From NCBI RefSeq assembly GCF_044341265.1, contig NZ_JBIISA010000009.1, positions 49,077 to 113,076 on the forward strand: 64,000 nucleotides of DNA. The letters run 5' to 3'. The position numbers and the translations under genes were made by a program. Source of the DNA: Flavobacterium sp. Lineage in GTDB: Bacteria; Bacteroidota; Bacteroidia; Flavobacteriales; Flavobacteriaceae. Shown piece after piece: positions 9,897-19,784 of the stretch. The notes under the pieces were generated by a model. The model did not search any database. It was not told where the DNA came from and was given only the letters and a program-made list of their open reading frames with translations. Numbering within the stretch: position 1 is the first letter of the stretch; each line of letters starts with the position of its first letter.

Positions 9897-11286
9897 TTGA
9901 GGTTGATTTTAAACTATCTTTCAAAATTAATGATTTTGTTAGATAATGAAAACGAATGTACAAAAATAATGCAGCTGCTGTTAATCCTGCTAAAAGCCCT
10001 AACCAAACACCAACAGCTTTCAAATCAGTATATTCTCCTAAATAATAAGATATTGGAAACCCAATTATCCAATAAGCTACAAACGTAATATACATAGGAA
10101 TTTTCACATCTTGCAATCCGCGTAAAGCTCCAAGAACCACCACTTGAATTCCATCAGAAATTTGAAAAACAGCTGCAACTAATAATAATTTAGCAGCAAT
10201 AGTTACAACTTCGGTATTATCAACAAGTTGAACTTGGTCTTTCATATCCATAAATAATGGCGGTAAAATTTGATGAAAAGCTACAAACAATATGGCAAAA
10301 ACTACTTCAATTATTATGGCTAATAAAAAAATAGAACGAGCAACCACAACCAAATTTCTATAATCTTGTAATCCTTTTTGATTACTAATTCTAATCATTG
10401 AAACTACGCTTAATCCCATAGCAAACATAAAGGTCATTGAAGCTAAACTCAAAGCAATTTGATTAGCAGCTTGACTCGTTTTTCCGATGTTTCCACAAAG
10501 CCAAATTGCTGCGGTAAATAATACTACTTCGAATAACATTTGCATTGCTGAAGGCAATCCTAGATTTACAATTTTGACAATGGTTGCTTTCTTAATTTCA
10601 TCAAAACTAAATCCTTTAAAATACTGTTTCAAGCGTTCTTGTTTTGCCAAAATGAAGTGCATAAAAACTACCATCGCAATTCTGGAAATTACAGTTCCAA
10701 GAGCGGCGCCAATAATTCCCATTTTTGGAAAAATCCAAATTCCGTAGATTAATAAATAATTGATGATAACGTGAATAATATTTGCTCCAACAATGGCATA
10801 CATCGAATATTTTGTCATTGACAAACCATCGGCAAACTGCTTGTATCCTTGATAAATTATTAGTGGAACTAACGAAAAAGCTACCCAATCTAAATATGGT
10901 TTAGCCAATTCAATCACTTCTTTTGGTTGGTGTAGCATTTCCATAATTGGTTTGGCCAAAACAACCATTCCGAATAATGCGAAACCTAAAATGGTACACA
11001 AAAGCATTCCGTGATGAAAAGCCGATCGAATTTTATCGTTATCTTTTTCTGCATCAGCTTCACCAACAATTGTTGTTAAAGCAGTTGAAAACCCTATACC
11101 AATTGACATCGCAACAAAAATTAAACTATTTCCAAGTGAAACCGCAGCCAATTCTGTTGAACCCAACTTTCCAACCATAATATTATCGACAATTCCAATC
11201 AACGTATGACCAAGCATACCCAAAATTACTGGATAAGCAAGTTGAAGGTTGTAACGAAACTCTTTGGTATATTGAGATAAATTCAC
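9880..11286 (-). CDS. MATE family multidrug efflux transporter
   Basis: LAYPVILG...VDNIMVGKLG, GLPSAMQ, FQISDGIQVVVLGALRGLQD; about 12 TM segments; GTG start after a TATCTTTG box. Confidence 0.92.
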   Translation of the reverse strand: MNLSQYTKEFRYNLQLAYPVILGMLGHTLIGIVDNIMVGKLGSTELAAVSLGNSLIFVAMSIGIGFSTALTTIVGEADAEKDNDKIRSAFHHGMLLCTILGFALFGMVVLAKPIMEMLHQPKEVIELAKPYLDWVAFSLVPLIIYQGYKQFADGLSMTKYSMYAIVGANIIHVIINYLLIYGIWIFPKMGIIGAALGTVISRIAMVVFMHFILAKQERLKQYFKGFSFDEIKKATIVKIVNLGLPSAMQMLFEVVLFTAAIWLCGNIGKTSQAANQIALSLASMTFMFAMGLSVVSMIRISNQKGLQDYRNLVVVARSIFLLAIIIEVVFAILFVAFHQILPPLFMDMKDQVQLVDNTEVVTIAAKLLLVAAVFQISDGIQVVVLGALRGLQDVKIPMYITFVAYWIIGFPISYYLGEYTDLKAVGVWLGLLAGLTAAALFLYIRFHYLTKSLILKDSLKSTSNDTTE

Positions 11287-11368
11287 GGTGCATTTTTTGA
11301 GTGCGCAAAGATAATAGAAAGGAACACAGATTTTAGAAATTTTAGAAATTAATAAAATCTTGTTTTTT

Positions 11369-12244
11369 TTAACCTTTCAATTGTTCTCTATAAACATCAA
11401 TATTTGCTGCAACTTTTGGATCTAACTCTGGTTCGGTAATGTCTGTTAATTTTTGCATTTCTTCCCAAATGGTTTTCGCTACAATATAACGTGCAACACC
11501 TTTATCATCTGCAGGAATAACATACCAAGGCGCATAATCTTTAGAAGTCATGTTAATTGCTTCTTCGTAATACTTCATATAATCATCCCAACGTTCGCGC
11601 TCTTTTAAATCACCTGTTGAAAATTTCCAATTATCTTCTGGATTTTCCAAACGCTTTAATAATCTTAAACGCTGCTCTTCTTTACTCATGTGAAAATAAA
11701 ATTTCAAAATTTTAGTACCATTCTGAGAGATATGTTTTTCAAAATTGTTGATTTGCTCAAAACGATTTTCCCAAAATTGTGGCGTAATATCTTCTACTTT
11801 TTCGATTCCAGGAAGGTTTTCAAATAAAATATATTCTGGATGAACTCTAGTCACCAATACGTTTTCATAATGTGTTCTGTTGAAAACAGCAAATTTCCCT
11901 TTCTCAGGTAAAGCCAAATAGTGACGCCATAAATAATCATGCTCCAACTCTGTAGAATTTGGGGTTTTAAAACTATGAACCACAACACCACGTGGATTAA
12001 ATTCTTTAAAAACCTCACGAATCAAACTATCCTTTCCGCTGGTGTCCATTCCTTGCAAGCATATTAAAAAGGCATGACGATTGTGTGCATACATAGCATC
12101 TTGCTTTTTACTCAACTTTATCTGAACTTTGTCCAACTCTACTTCCTCTTGCTCTTTATCTGTATCAATATCTAATTTTGTTGGGATTTTTGACAAATTT
12201 ATGTTTCCAACAACTTTAAAATCTTCTATGTTAATTGATTTCAT
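11369..12244 (-). CDS. ppk2: Polyphosphate kinase 2 family protein
   Basis: LQGMDTSGKDS, FNRTHYENVL, WKFSTGDLKER, PWYVIPADDK. Confidence 0.9.
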   Translation of the reverse strand: MKSINIEDFKVVGNINLSKIPTKLDIDTDKEQEEVELDKVQIKLSKKQDAMYAHNRHAFLICLQGMDTSGKDSLIREVFKEFNPRGVVVHSFKTPNSTELEHDYLWRHYLALPEKGKFAVFNRTHYENVLVTRVHPEYILFENLPGIEKVEDITPQFWENRFEQINNFEKHISQNGTKILKFYFHMSKEEQRLRLLKRLENPEDNWKFSTGDLKERERWDDYMKYYEEAINMTSKDYAPWYVIPADDKGVARYIVAKTIWEEMQKLTDITEPELDPKVAANIDVYREQLKG

Positions 12245-12303
12245 TTTTAATTCATTTAATTATTGTAAAAATAGTATTTTTGGTTTCTCATACACTACAC
12301 AAA

Positions 12304-13137
12304 ATGGAAAAATTTCAACTTACACTATTATTTAAAATCATTGGTCTTGGCTCTGCTTCTGGATTGATTTATCAAGATAATACTATTTTTGCAATTGGAG
12401 ACAATAGTTCGTATTTATATGAATATCAAATGTCTAACAATAAACTTGAACGCCATGCTTTGGCAGAAAACTCAGAAGAAAATATTCCTAAAAGTATTAA
12501 ACCCGATTTTGAAGCCATTACAAAATATCAAGATAGTTTATACCTTTTTGGTTCAGGTTCAACAGCAAATAGAACTATTATGGTTCAAGTTGATGCTAAA
12601 TCTAAAAGTGTAATTAAATCGCAAGATTTATCCGATTTATATTTGGCTATGCAATCTTTTGGAAAAATAGCAGAAGAAGATTTTAATTTAGAAGGTGCTA
12701 TTTTTAATGGTGAAACTTGGTTTCTATTTAACAGAGGTAATGGAAAAACCAACAAAAATGTAGTTTTTACTATCGACGGAAAAAACTTAGCCAACGAATT
12801 TAGAATTGTAGCCAATGAATACAAACTACCTAAAATAAAAGGTATAAGAACCAGTTTTACAGATGCCATTTTGGTTGACGACAAAATATATTTCTTAGCA
12901 ACTGCAGAGAATACTGACTCAACTTATAATGATGGTGAAGTTCTTGGAAGCATCGTAGGAAGAATTGATGTAAAGAAAATGAAAATTGATTTTACAAAGA
13001 AAATAACCGATACACAAAAATTTGAAGGAATAACGCTTTTCAAAAAATCGGAAAAAGAAATTGAATTTTTACTTTGCGAAGATAACGATACCGAAGTTTT
13101 AGAATCTAATATTTATAAGTTAGTGATTAGTAAATAG
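12304..13137 (+). CDS. DUF6929-like hypothetical protein
   Basis: GLGSASGL, KPDFEA, LFGSGST, FNLEGA, KFEGI motifs; start moved to 12304 (MEKFQL) to avoid head-to-head overlap with ppk2. Confidence 0.7.
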   Translation: MEKFQLTLLFKIIGLGSASGLIYQDNTIFAIGDNSSYLYEYQMSNNKLERHALAENSEENIPKSIKPDFEAITKYQDSLYLFGSGSTANRTIMVQVDAKSKSVIKSQDLSDLYLAMQSFGKIAEEDFNLEGAIFNGETWFLFNRGNGKTNKNVVFTIDGKNLANEFRIVANEYKLPKIKGIRTSFTDAILVDDKIYFLATAENTDSTYNDGEVLGSIVGRIDVKKMKIDFTKKITDTQKFEGITLFKKSEKEIEFLLCEDNDTEVLESNIYKLVISK

Positions 13138-13167
13138 TGATTAGTTGTTAGTTGTTGGTCGTTAGTC
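13121..13167. repeat. 7-bp tandem repeat overlapping a stop codon
   Basis: tagtgattag...tagtgat tagttgt tagttgt tggtcgt tagtc. Confidence 0.6.
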
Positions 13168-13257
13168 AAGAGATAATCAGAATTTAATACTATAACTGAA
13201 AGTAAGGCGATTTTCTGAAAACTGAAAACCGTTAACTGAAAACTTTTTTCATCTCTT

Positions 13258-13290
13258 CCCAACCTTTTTATAAAAAATGTTCTCTTTATA
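13258..13290 (+). promoter_or_regulatory. Candidate ECF-sigma (autoregulatory) promoter
   Basis: CCAACC-ttttttataaaaaatg-TTCTCT just upstream of the ECF gene; resembles the generic ECF -35 AAC / -10 (G/T)TC layout. Confidence 0.35.
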
Positions 13291-13305
13291 ATAAATACCT
13301 TTATT

Positions 13306-13842
13306 GTGATAAACGAAACGATACTTATTAACTGCCGAAAAATGCAACGCGATGCACAGCGACAAGTTTACGAACTGATGTCGCCTAAGTTGTATCGCAC
13401 TTGTAAAAGGTATTTAAAAAAGGAAGAAGAAATTGAAGAAGTATTAGCCGATGCTTTCTACACTATTTTTACCAAAATGGATCAATTGAAAGAATTGGGT
13501 GCTTTTGAAGCTTGGGCAAGAAAAATTACTGTAAATCAATGTTTGCATCAATTGAAAAGAAATGTAAACTTTAATATATACATTGAAGACGCAAGTATCC
13601 AACTGCAACCTGAAACGTTGCCGGAAACTCATTTGGAAGAAGAAGATTTGTTGAATTTACTCAATTTTATTCCAGAAGGATGCAAAACTATTTTTAACCT
13701 CTTTGTGATTGAAGGTTACGGTCATAAAGAAATAGCAAACATGCTAAAAATATCGGAAGGAACATCAAAATCACAATTGAATGTGGCTAAAACCAAACTG
13801 AAAGAATTAGTCAACAATCATTATTATCAACAAGTAAAATAA
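13306..13842 (+). CDS. ECF-type RNA polymerase sigma factor
   Basis: Region 2 (EEVLADAF...FEAWARKITVN) and region 4 (FNLFVIEGYGHKEIANMLKISEGTSKSQL). Confidence 0.93.
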   Translation: MINETILINCRKMQRDAQRQVYELMSPKLYRTCKRYLKKEEEIEEVLADAFYTIFTKMDQLKELGAFEAWARKITVNQCLHQLKRNVNFNIYIEDASIQLQPETLPETHLEEEDLLNLLNFIPEGCKTIFNLFVIEGYGHKEIANMLKISEGTSKSQLNVAKTKLKELVNNHYYQQVK

Positions 13843-13845
13843 GTC

Positions 13846-14757
13846 ATGGACAATCAAGATAATTTATTCAACAAAATAAAATCGGCTGCTGAAAATGCTG
13901 AAACCAAAGATTTTCCCTCGATGGAAAAAGTTTGGTCGAGAATTGATGCAAAACTAGATACCAAAGTTGAAAAGAAACATAACAACAATTGGAAGAAACT
14001 TTTAGTTGCAGCCTCAATTGTATTATTAGTTACCATTGGTTATCAGTTTTTTAAAACCGAAAAAGAAATAGTTTCACCCAATAATGAAATCGTAACAAAA
14101 GAAGTTGAAAGGCCAATAATTCAAGATTCATTAGAAAATCAAAATGGCATAGTCTCTACAGAAATTGAAAATCCGAATATTAAAGAAAATGCGGATGAAA
14201 TTTTGAAAGAGCAAATTGCAAAACCGAATACAGTAGTTATCGCTGATAAAGCCGAAGAAAAAGGTAATGCAAAGAGTTATAATGATGTTATGGAAGTACC
14301 AAGTGCAGTAAAGCATAATCAAGCTCCTAGAAATTCTAATACTACTTGGTATGGCAATAACAATTTTGAATCACGTGGAGTAACTTATGAAGAAGTTAAG
14401 GTTGAAAAGAAGGAGGATAATTTAAAAAAGAATAAGGATACTAAAAAACTAGATCCAATTGTTGTAGTAGATGGTGAAGTTACGAGAGATAAATTATCAA
14501 ATATTACTGATGAAGATATAGAAATTATTTTAGAACTACCGGAACCTCTCTACATCATCAATAAAATATATTACACCGAGCAAGAATTATTTGGTCCGAA
14601 TCCGACGAGTCCATATGCGCCTTTGAATAAACAAAAGATTGAAAGTATTTCTATTTTACCTCCAGAAAAAGCAGTTTCAATTTATGGAGAAAAAGGAAAA
14701 AAAGGTGTTGTAATTGTAACAACAAAAGACGGAAAACCTTTGCCTAAAAAGGAATAA
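13846..14757 (+). CDS. Putative anti-sigma factor (single TM) with a C-terminal TonB plug-like segment
   Basis: Directly follows the ECF gene; VWSRI anti-sigma-like N-terminus, one TM (LLVAASIVLLVTIGY), C-terminal PLYIIN...YGEKGKKGVVIVTTK. Confidence 0.7.
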   Translation: MDNQDNLFNKIKSAAENAETKDFPSMEKVWSRIDAKLDTKVEKKHNNNWKKLLVAASIVLLVTIGYQFFKTEKEIVSPNNEIVTKEVERPIIQDSLENQNGIVSTEIENPNIKENADEILKEQIAKPNTVVIADKAEEKGNAKSYNDVMEVPSAVKHNQAPRNSNTTWYGNNNFESRGVTYEEVKVEKKEDNLKKNKDTKKLDPIVVVDGEVTRDKLSNITDEDIEIILELPEPLYIINKIYYTEQELFGPNPTSPYAPLNKQKIESISILPPEKAVSIYGEKGKKGVVIVTTKDGKPLPKKE

Positions 14758-14788
14758 ACCATTTTATCATACTAAAAAAAATCAAACC

Positions 14789-15184
14789 ATGAAAAGTCTT
14801 AAACTTATTTCATTAGCCATAACTATGTTTTGTTGTTTCCTTAGTTTTAGCCAAGAAAAAACAATAACAGGAACCGTTTCTGATGAAAACGCAGTACTTC
14901 CATTTGTAGTTGTTCAAATAAAAGAAACTAAAACGTTTACTCATACCGATTTCGATGGAAAATTTTCTATCAAAGCAAAGGTTGGAGAAACATTACTTTT
15001 TAGCTTTATCGGATACGATTCTGTTAAAGTAAAAATAAAGAAGCGAACAAATACCTTAAACATAGTTTTAATAAGTAATACCATTTTATTACAAGAAACT
15101 TATCCGATTGAGAGTTCCATTAGAAAACAAAAAAATCAAACAGAAATAATCAAAATTTCAAAAGAAGCTATTGAAAAAACGTAG
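14789..15184 (+). CDS. Stand-alone CarboxypepD_reg-like (SusC N-terminal-type) domain protein
   Basis: Signal peptide + TITGTVSD...LPFVVVQIK...TDFDGKFSI...FSFIGY. Confidence 0.75.
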   Translation: MKSLKLISLAITMFCCFLSFSQEKTITGTVSDENAVLPFVVVQIKETKTFTHTDFDGKFSIKAKVGETLLFSFIGYDSVKVKIKKRTNTLNIVLISNTILLQETYPIESSIRKQKNQTEIIKISKEAIEKT

Positions 15185-15229
15185 CTAGAATAACACTTCA
15201 CACATAGTCTAACCTTAAAATTTAATATT

Positions 15230-17413
15230 ATGAAAAATTTAAAAGTATTTTCATCAGCCATTGCTATGCTTATATGTTTCTTAACATTTGGGCAAGAAAA
15301 AAACATCACTGGAATAGTCTCAGATGATTTAGTACCACTTCCTGGTATCAATGTATTTATAAAAAGTACAAATAAAAGTGTACAAACCGACGTTGATGGA
15401 AAATATTCCATAAAAGCTAAAGCAGGTGATATCTTAAGTTTTCAATACATCGGTTATGAAACAAAAAACATAACTGTTGGAAGTTCTGATGTAATTAATG
15501 TAAAACTAAATAAAAGTTCAACAGTACTAGAAGAAGTGGTTATAACACAAGGTTATCGTACAAAAATAAAAAAAACTGCTGCTGTTGCATCTTCTACCAA
15601 AGTTTCTTCTCAAACAATAGAAAATCGACCAAACAGTAACGTTATTAATACTTTACAAGGTCAGTTAGCAGGCGTAAATATCTCAACAGGGAATGGACAA
15701 CCAGGAACTAAATCAACAGTAGTAATAAGAGGATTTGGTTCTACAGGAAGTAATATAGATCCTTTGTATGTTATTGATGGTTTCCCAGTTGATAGCAAAA
15801 AATTTAAATCTTTAAAACCAGAAAACATTGTTACTCTACAAGTTTTAAAAGATTCTAAAGCAATTTCAGAATATGGTTCTAGAGGATCGAATGGTGTTAT
15901 AATTATTAGAACTGATAAAAATCTTTCTAAAAAAGAAATTGAAAAACTAAAATTAGAAGCAAATCAAAACTTACCTATTGATGTCCTTGCAAAATATGAA
16001 AGCCAAGAAGATTACGAATCATTTGTAGAAAACCCATTTGAAAGTCCGAAAACCGCACCGCTTTCAACTTTTTCTATCGACGTTGATAATGCTTCATATA
16101 CAAATGTTCGTCGTTTTATTAATAACGGTCAAGTTGTTCCAAAAGACGCTGTAAGAGTGGAAGAAATGGTAAACTTTTTTAAGTATAATTACCCACAACC
16201 TTTGAGAGAAAATCCGTTTTCAATTAATACTGAATATAGTGATTGTCCATGGAATTCAAACAATAAATTGGTTCGTATTGGTTTACAAGGAAAAATAATT
16301 GAAACTGATAATTTACCATTATCTAATTTAGTTTTTTTAATTGACGTTTCGGGTTCAATGAGTGATCCTAACAAATTGCCATTACTAAAACAATCTTTAA
16401 AAATATTAGTAAAACAATTACGAAATGAAGATAAAATTTCAATGGTGGTCTATGCTGGTGCTGCAGGTTTGGTTTTACCTCCAACTTCAGGAAAAGACAA
16501 AAAAACAATCATCGATGCATTAGATAAATTACAATCTGGAGGAAGCACTGCTGGTGGTGCCGGAATTGAATTGGCTTACAAAGTAGCTCAAGAAAATTTC
16601 ATAAAAGGTGGAAACAACAGAGTAATTCTTGCAACAGATGGTGATTTTAATGTTGGTTCTTCTTCCGATTCTGATATGCAAACGCTAATTGAAGAGAAAA
16701 GAAAATCAGGTGTTTACTTAACATGTTTAGGCTATGGAATGGGAAATTACAAAGACAGTAAATTAGAAACTTTAGCCGACAAAGGAAACGGAAATTATGC
16801 TTACATCGATAACATTCAAGAAGCTAATCGTTTTCTTGGAAAAGAGTTTAAAGGTTCCATGTTTGCCATTGCTAAAGATGTGAAAATTCAGATAGAATTC
16901 AATCCAAAACATGTTCAAGCCTATCGATTGATTGGTTATGAAAACAGAAAATTACGTGATGAAGATTTTACAAATGACACTATCGATGCAGGAGAATTAG
17001 GAAGTGGTCATACGGTTACTGCTTTGTATGAAATCATTCCACGTGGTGTGAAAAGTGATTTATATAACGAACCAACAGATTTAAAATACAGTGTTATGGC
17101 AGAACCATCATCTAAAAATTATAGTGAAGAATTAGCAACAATTAAATTCCGTTATAAAAAACCTGATGGCGATAAAAGTATTGAAATAGGTGCGATTATT
17201 GCCAATAAATCAAATGATTTACAAAGTACATCAGAAGATTTTAAATTTTGTGCTTCTGTAGCTTGGTTCGGATTAAAATTAAGAGATTCAAAACTAGTAG
17301 TAAATAAATCTAATGATGCTATTTTAGAGCTTGCTAATCAAGGTTTAACCAATGATACAGAAGGTTACAGATCTGAATTTATTAGATTAATTGAGAGTAG
17401 TACAAACTTATAA
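15230..17413 (+). CDS. YfbK-like vWA protein with N-terminal CarboxypepD_reg and TonB plug domains
   Basis: ITGIVSD..TDVDGKYSI; PLYVIDG..YGSRGSNGVIII (plug); STFSIDVDNASY, MIDAS FLIDVSGSM, GGSTAGG, ILATDGDFNVG, ELGSGHTVTALYEI. Confidence 0.88.
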   Translation: MKNLKVFSSAIAMLICFLTFGQEKNITGIVSDDLVPLPGINVFIKSTNKSVQTDVDGKYSIKAKAGDILSFQYIGYETKNITVGSSDVINVKLNKSSTVLEEVVITQGYRTKIKKTAAVASSTKVSSQTIENRPNSNVINTLQGQLAGVNISTGNGQPGTKSTVVIRGFGSTGSNIDPLYVIDGFPVDSKKFKSLKPENIVTLQVLKDSKAISEYGSRGSNGVIIIRTDKNLSKKEIEKLKLEANQNLPIDVLAKYESQEDYESFVENPFESPKTAPLSTFSIDVDNASYTNVRRFINNGQVVPKDAVRVEEMVNFFKYNYPQPLRENPFSINTEYSDCPWNSNNKLVRIGLQGKIIETDNLPLSNLVFLIDVSGSMSDPNKLPLLKQSLKILVKQLRNEDKISMVVYAGAAGLVLPPTSGKDKKTIIDALDKLQSGGSTAGGAGIELAYKVAQENFIKGGNNRVILATDGDFNVGSSSDSDMQTLIEEKRKSGVYLTCLGYGMGNYKDSKLETLADKGNGNYAYIDNIQEANRFLGKEFKGSMFAIAKDVKIQIEFNPKHVQAYRLIGYENRKLRDEDFTNDTIDAGELGSGHTVTALYEIIPRGVKSDLYNEPTDLKYSVMAEPSSKNYSEELATIKFRYKKPDGDKSIEIGAIIANKSNDLQSTSEDFKFCASVAWFGLKLRDSKLVVNKSNDAILELANQGLTNDTEGYRSEFIRLIESSTNL

Positions 17414-17415
17414 AA

Positions 17416-17430
17416 AGGCACAGTTATTGT
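17416..17430 (+). promoter_or_regulatory. Possible sigma54 -24/-12 box
   Basis: AGGCAC-agtta-TTGT with canonical GG-N10-G spacing, 27 bp before the next ATG. Confidence 0.3.
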
Positions 17431-17457
17431 GTAATAATAAAATTTAAAACAATTATT

Positions 17458-17811
17458 ATGAAGTCTAGAATATTATTGTTAGTCATTCTTTTTACTGCTT
17501 CAAATCACTTTAGTAATGATTTTAATAAAAATAATAAATTGAATGATACTTTTTTAATTCAAAAATCAATTAAAATTTATTTATTAGGCGGAATAGTATC
17601 AGCTATTACTCAAAAAGAAATAGATTTTGCAAAAAAATATAACATTGTATTTCATGATTTTGGTTGTGTACCGCCAACAAATTTAGCTTTTTATGAGTCT
17701 GAAAATCAAAAAGCTTTTGACTTACTAAATTTAAAATTTGGAATTAAATGGCAAAACGAAATAAAAGAAAACGCATTAGGTTTTAAGAAATGGAAAGAAA
17801 AAAATAATTAG
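17458..17811 (+). CDS. FEKKY-domain-like secreted protein
   Basis: GGIVSAIT..DFAKKYNIVFHDFGCV...LNLKFGIKW pattern. Confidence 0.6.
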   Translation: MKSRILLLVILFTASNHFSNDFNKNNKLNDTFLIQKSIKIYLLGGIVSAITQKEIDFAKKYNIVFHDFGCVPPTNLAFYESENQKAFDLLNLKFGIKWQNEIKENALGFKKWKEKNN

Positions 17812-17831
17812 GTTAAATTGGTTAATTAAAA

Positions 17832-17864
17832 AAACCCGATAAGTTCATAGAATTTATCGGGTTT
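17832..17864. terminator. Bidirectional intrinsic terminator
   Basis: aaacccgataa...ttatcgggttt, 11-bp stem between convergent genes. Confidence 0.8.
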
Positions 17865-17880
17865 AATTTATAAGCTAGTC

Positions 17881-17914
17881 TTAATACTTAATACTAAAAT
17901 CTTAATACTTAAAA
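17881..17914. repeat. 7-bp tandem repeat (TTAATAC)n
   Basis: ttaatac ttaatac taaaatc ttaatac ttaaaa. Confidence 0.65.
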
Positions 17915-19549
17915 TTACTTCTCAATTTCTTTCAAAGAATCCATTTTCTTGTGAGCTAAGAAACCTTTTATGTCTTCAAAATGCTCTTTCACTCGTTTGT
18001 TTCCAAATTCAAATACTTTGGTAGCCAATCCGTCAAGGAAATCTCTATCGTGAGAAACTAAGATTAAAGTACCATCAAAATCACGCAAAGCATCTTTGAT
18101 AATGTCTTTGGTTTTCATATCTAAGTGATTTGATGGCTCATCCAAAATCAATAGATTTACAGGTTCCAACAATAATTTTATCATTGCCAAACGCGTTTTT
18201 TCACCACCAGAAAGTACTTTTACTTTTTTGGTTGTATCGTCTCCATGAAACATAAAAGCTCCAAGAATATTTTTAATTTGAGTACGAACATCACCAACTG
18301 CAATGTTATCAATTGTTTCAAAAATAGTAGCGTTTTCGTCTAATAATGCAGCTTGATTTTGAGCAAAGTAACCAATTTGAGCATTATGACCAACCTCAAC
18401 CGATCCACTATTGATTTCGATTTCTTTCATGATGGCTTTAATCATAGTTGATTTTCCTTCACCATTTTTTCCAACAAATGCTACTTTATCGCCGCGTTCA
18501 ATTACGATATTGGCATCTTTGAAAATCAATTTATCGCCATACGATTTCTCTAAATCTTTAACAATTACTGGATATTGACCTGAACGAATTGATGGTGGAA
18601 ATTTCAACTTCAAAGCCGAATTATCAATTTCATCCACTTCGATAGGAACAATTTTTTCTAACATTCTAACATGCGATTGAACGGCATCGGTTTTAGAAAA
18701 AGTACCACGAAATCTATCAATAAATGCCTGATTATCTGCTATGTATTTCTGTTGTTCATCGTATGCTTTTTGCTGGTGAACTCTTCTATCTTTTCTTAAT
18801 TCTAAATAATGAGAATACTTGGCTTTGTAGTCATAAATTCTTCCCATTGTAACTTCGATAGTTCGGTTTGTAATGTTATCTACAAAGGCTCTATCGTGCG
18901 AAATTACCATTACGGCTTTAGCTTGATTGATCAAAAAATCCTCCAACCATTCGATACTATCCATATCTAAGTGATTGGTTGGCTCATCCAGAAGAATCAA
19001 ATCTGGTTTTGTTAGTAAGATTTTTGCTAATTCAATTCGCATTCTCCAACCTCCAGAAAATTCTTTTGTTGGACGATTGAAATCTTCTCTTTCAAATCCT
19101 AATCCTTTTAATATTTTTTCAACTTCAGCTTCATAGTTTACTTCTTCAATTGAATAGTATTTTTCAGATAACTCCGAAACTCTTTCAATCAATTTCATAT
19201 AGTCATCACTTTCATAATCGGTACGAATGGTCAATTGTTCGTTGATTTCGTCGATTTCTTTTTTCATATTCAACACCGCAGCAAACGCTTTTGATGTTTC
19301 TTCCATTACCGTACAATTATCTTCTGTTAATAAATGTTGAGGCAAATAGGCAACAACTGCATCACTTGGAGCTGAAATATTTCCGCGTGTTGGTTTATTT
19401 GCACCGGCAACAATTTTTAACAAAGTAGATTTTCCTGCTCCATTTTTACCCATTAAGGCAATTTTATCAGTTTCATTGATAGCAAATGTTACTTCACTAA
19501 AAAGAGTTGTTCCACCAAATTCAACGGCAATATCGTTAACTGTAATCAT
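17915..19549 (-). CDS. ABC-F family ATP-binding protein (ribosome-associated)
   Basis: Two NBDs (GKNGAGKST, FSGGWRMR, LLDEPTNHLD; GKNGEGKST, LSGGEKTR, LDEPSNHLD); no TM segments. Confidence 0.93.
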   Translation of the reverse strand: MITVNDIAVEFGGTTLFSEVTFAINETDKIALMGKNGAGKSTLLKIVAGANKPTRGNISAPSDAVVAYLPQHLLTEDNCTVMEETSKAFAAVLNMKKEIDEINEQLTIRTDYESDDYMKLIERVSELSEKYYSIEEVNYEAEVEKILKGLGFEREDFNRPTKEFSGGWRMRIELAKILLTKPDLILLDEPTNHLDMDSIEWLEDFLINQAKAVMVISHDRAFVDNITNRTIEVTMGRIYDYKAKYSHYLELRKDRRVHQQKAYDEQQKYIADNQAFIDRFRGTFSKTDAVQSHVRMLEKIVPIEVDEIDNSALKLKFPPSIRSGQYPVIVKDLEKSYGDKLIFKDANIVIERGDKVAFVGKNGEGKSTMIKAIMKEIEINSGSVEVGHNAQIGYFAQNQAALLDENATIFETIDNIAVGDVRTQIKNILGAFMFHGDDTTKKVKVLSGGEKTRLAMIKLLLEPVNLLILDEPSNHLDMKTKDIIKDALRDFDGTLILVSHDRDFLDGLATKVFEFGNKRVKEHFEDIKGFLAHKKMDSLKEIEK

Positions 19550-19550
19550 T

Positions 19551-19590
19551 TTAGATTGTTAGATTTTTAGATAATTAGATTATCAGATTT
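19551..19590. repeat. 8-bp tandem repeat (TTAGATnn)x5
   Basis: ttagattg ttagattt ttagataa ttagatta tcagattt. Confidence 0.7.
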
Positions 19591-19784
19591 TTTTTTGAAG
19601 GTGCAAAGATAGATTAATTAAGGAATTTATCAATTTCAATATCAGAAAAAAAAGGTTTGTTTTTCAATGATTTATTAATTGAAATGCTAATTTTTTAAAG
19701 TTTAAATAATTCGGAAGATTTAGTTACACAATTTGAAAGGCAAAAAATAAATTTAGAGTAATTTTGAAAATCTAATGAACCCTT

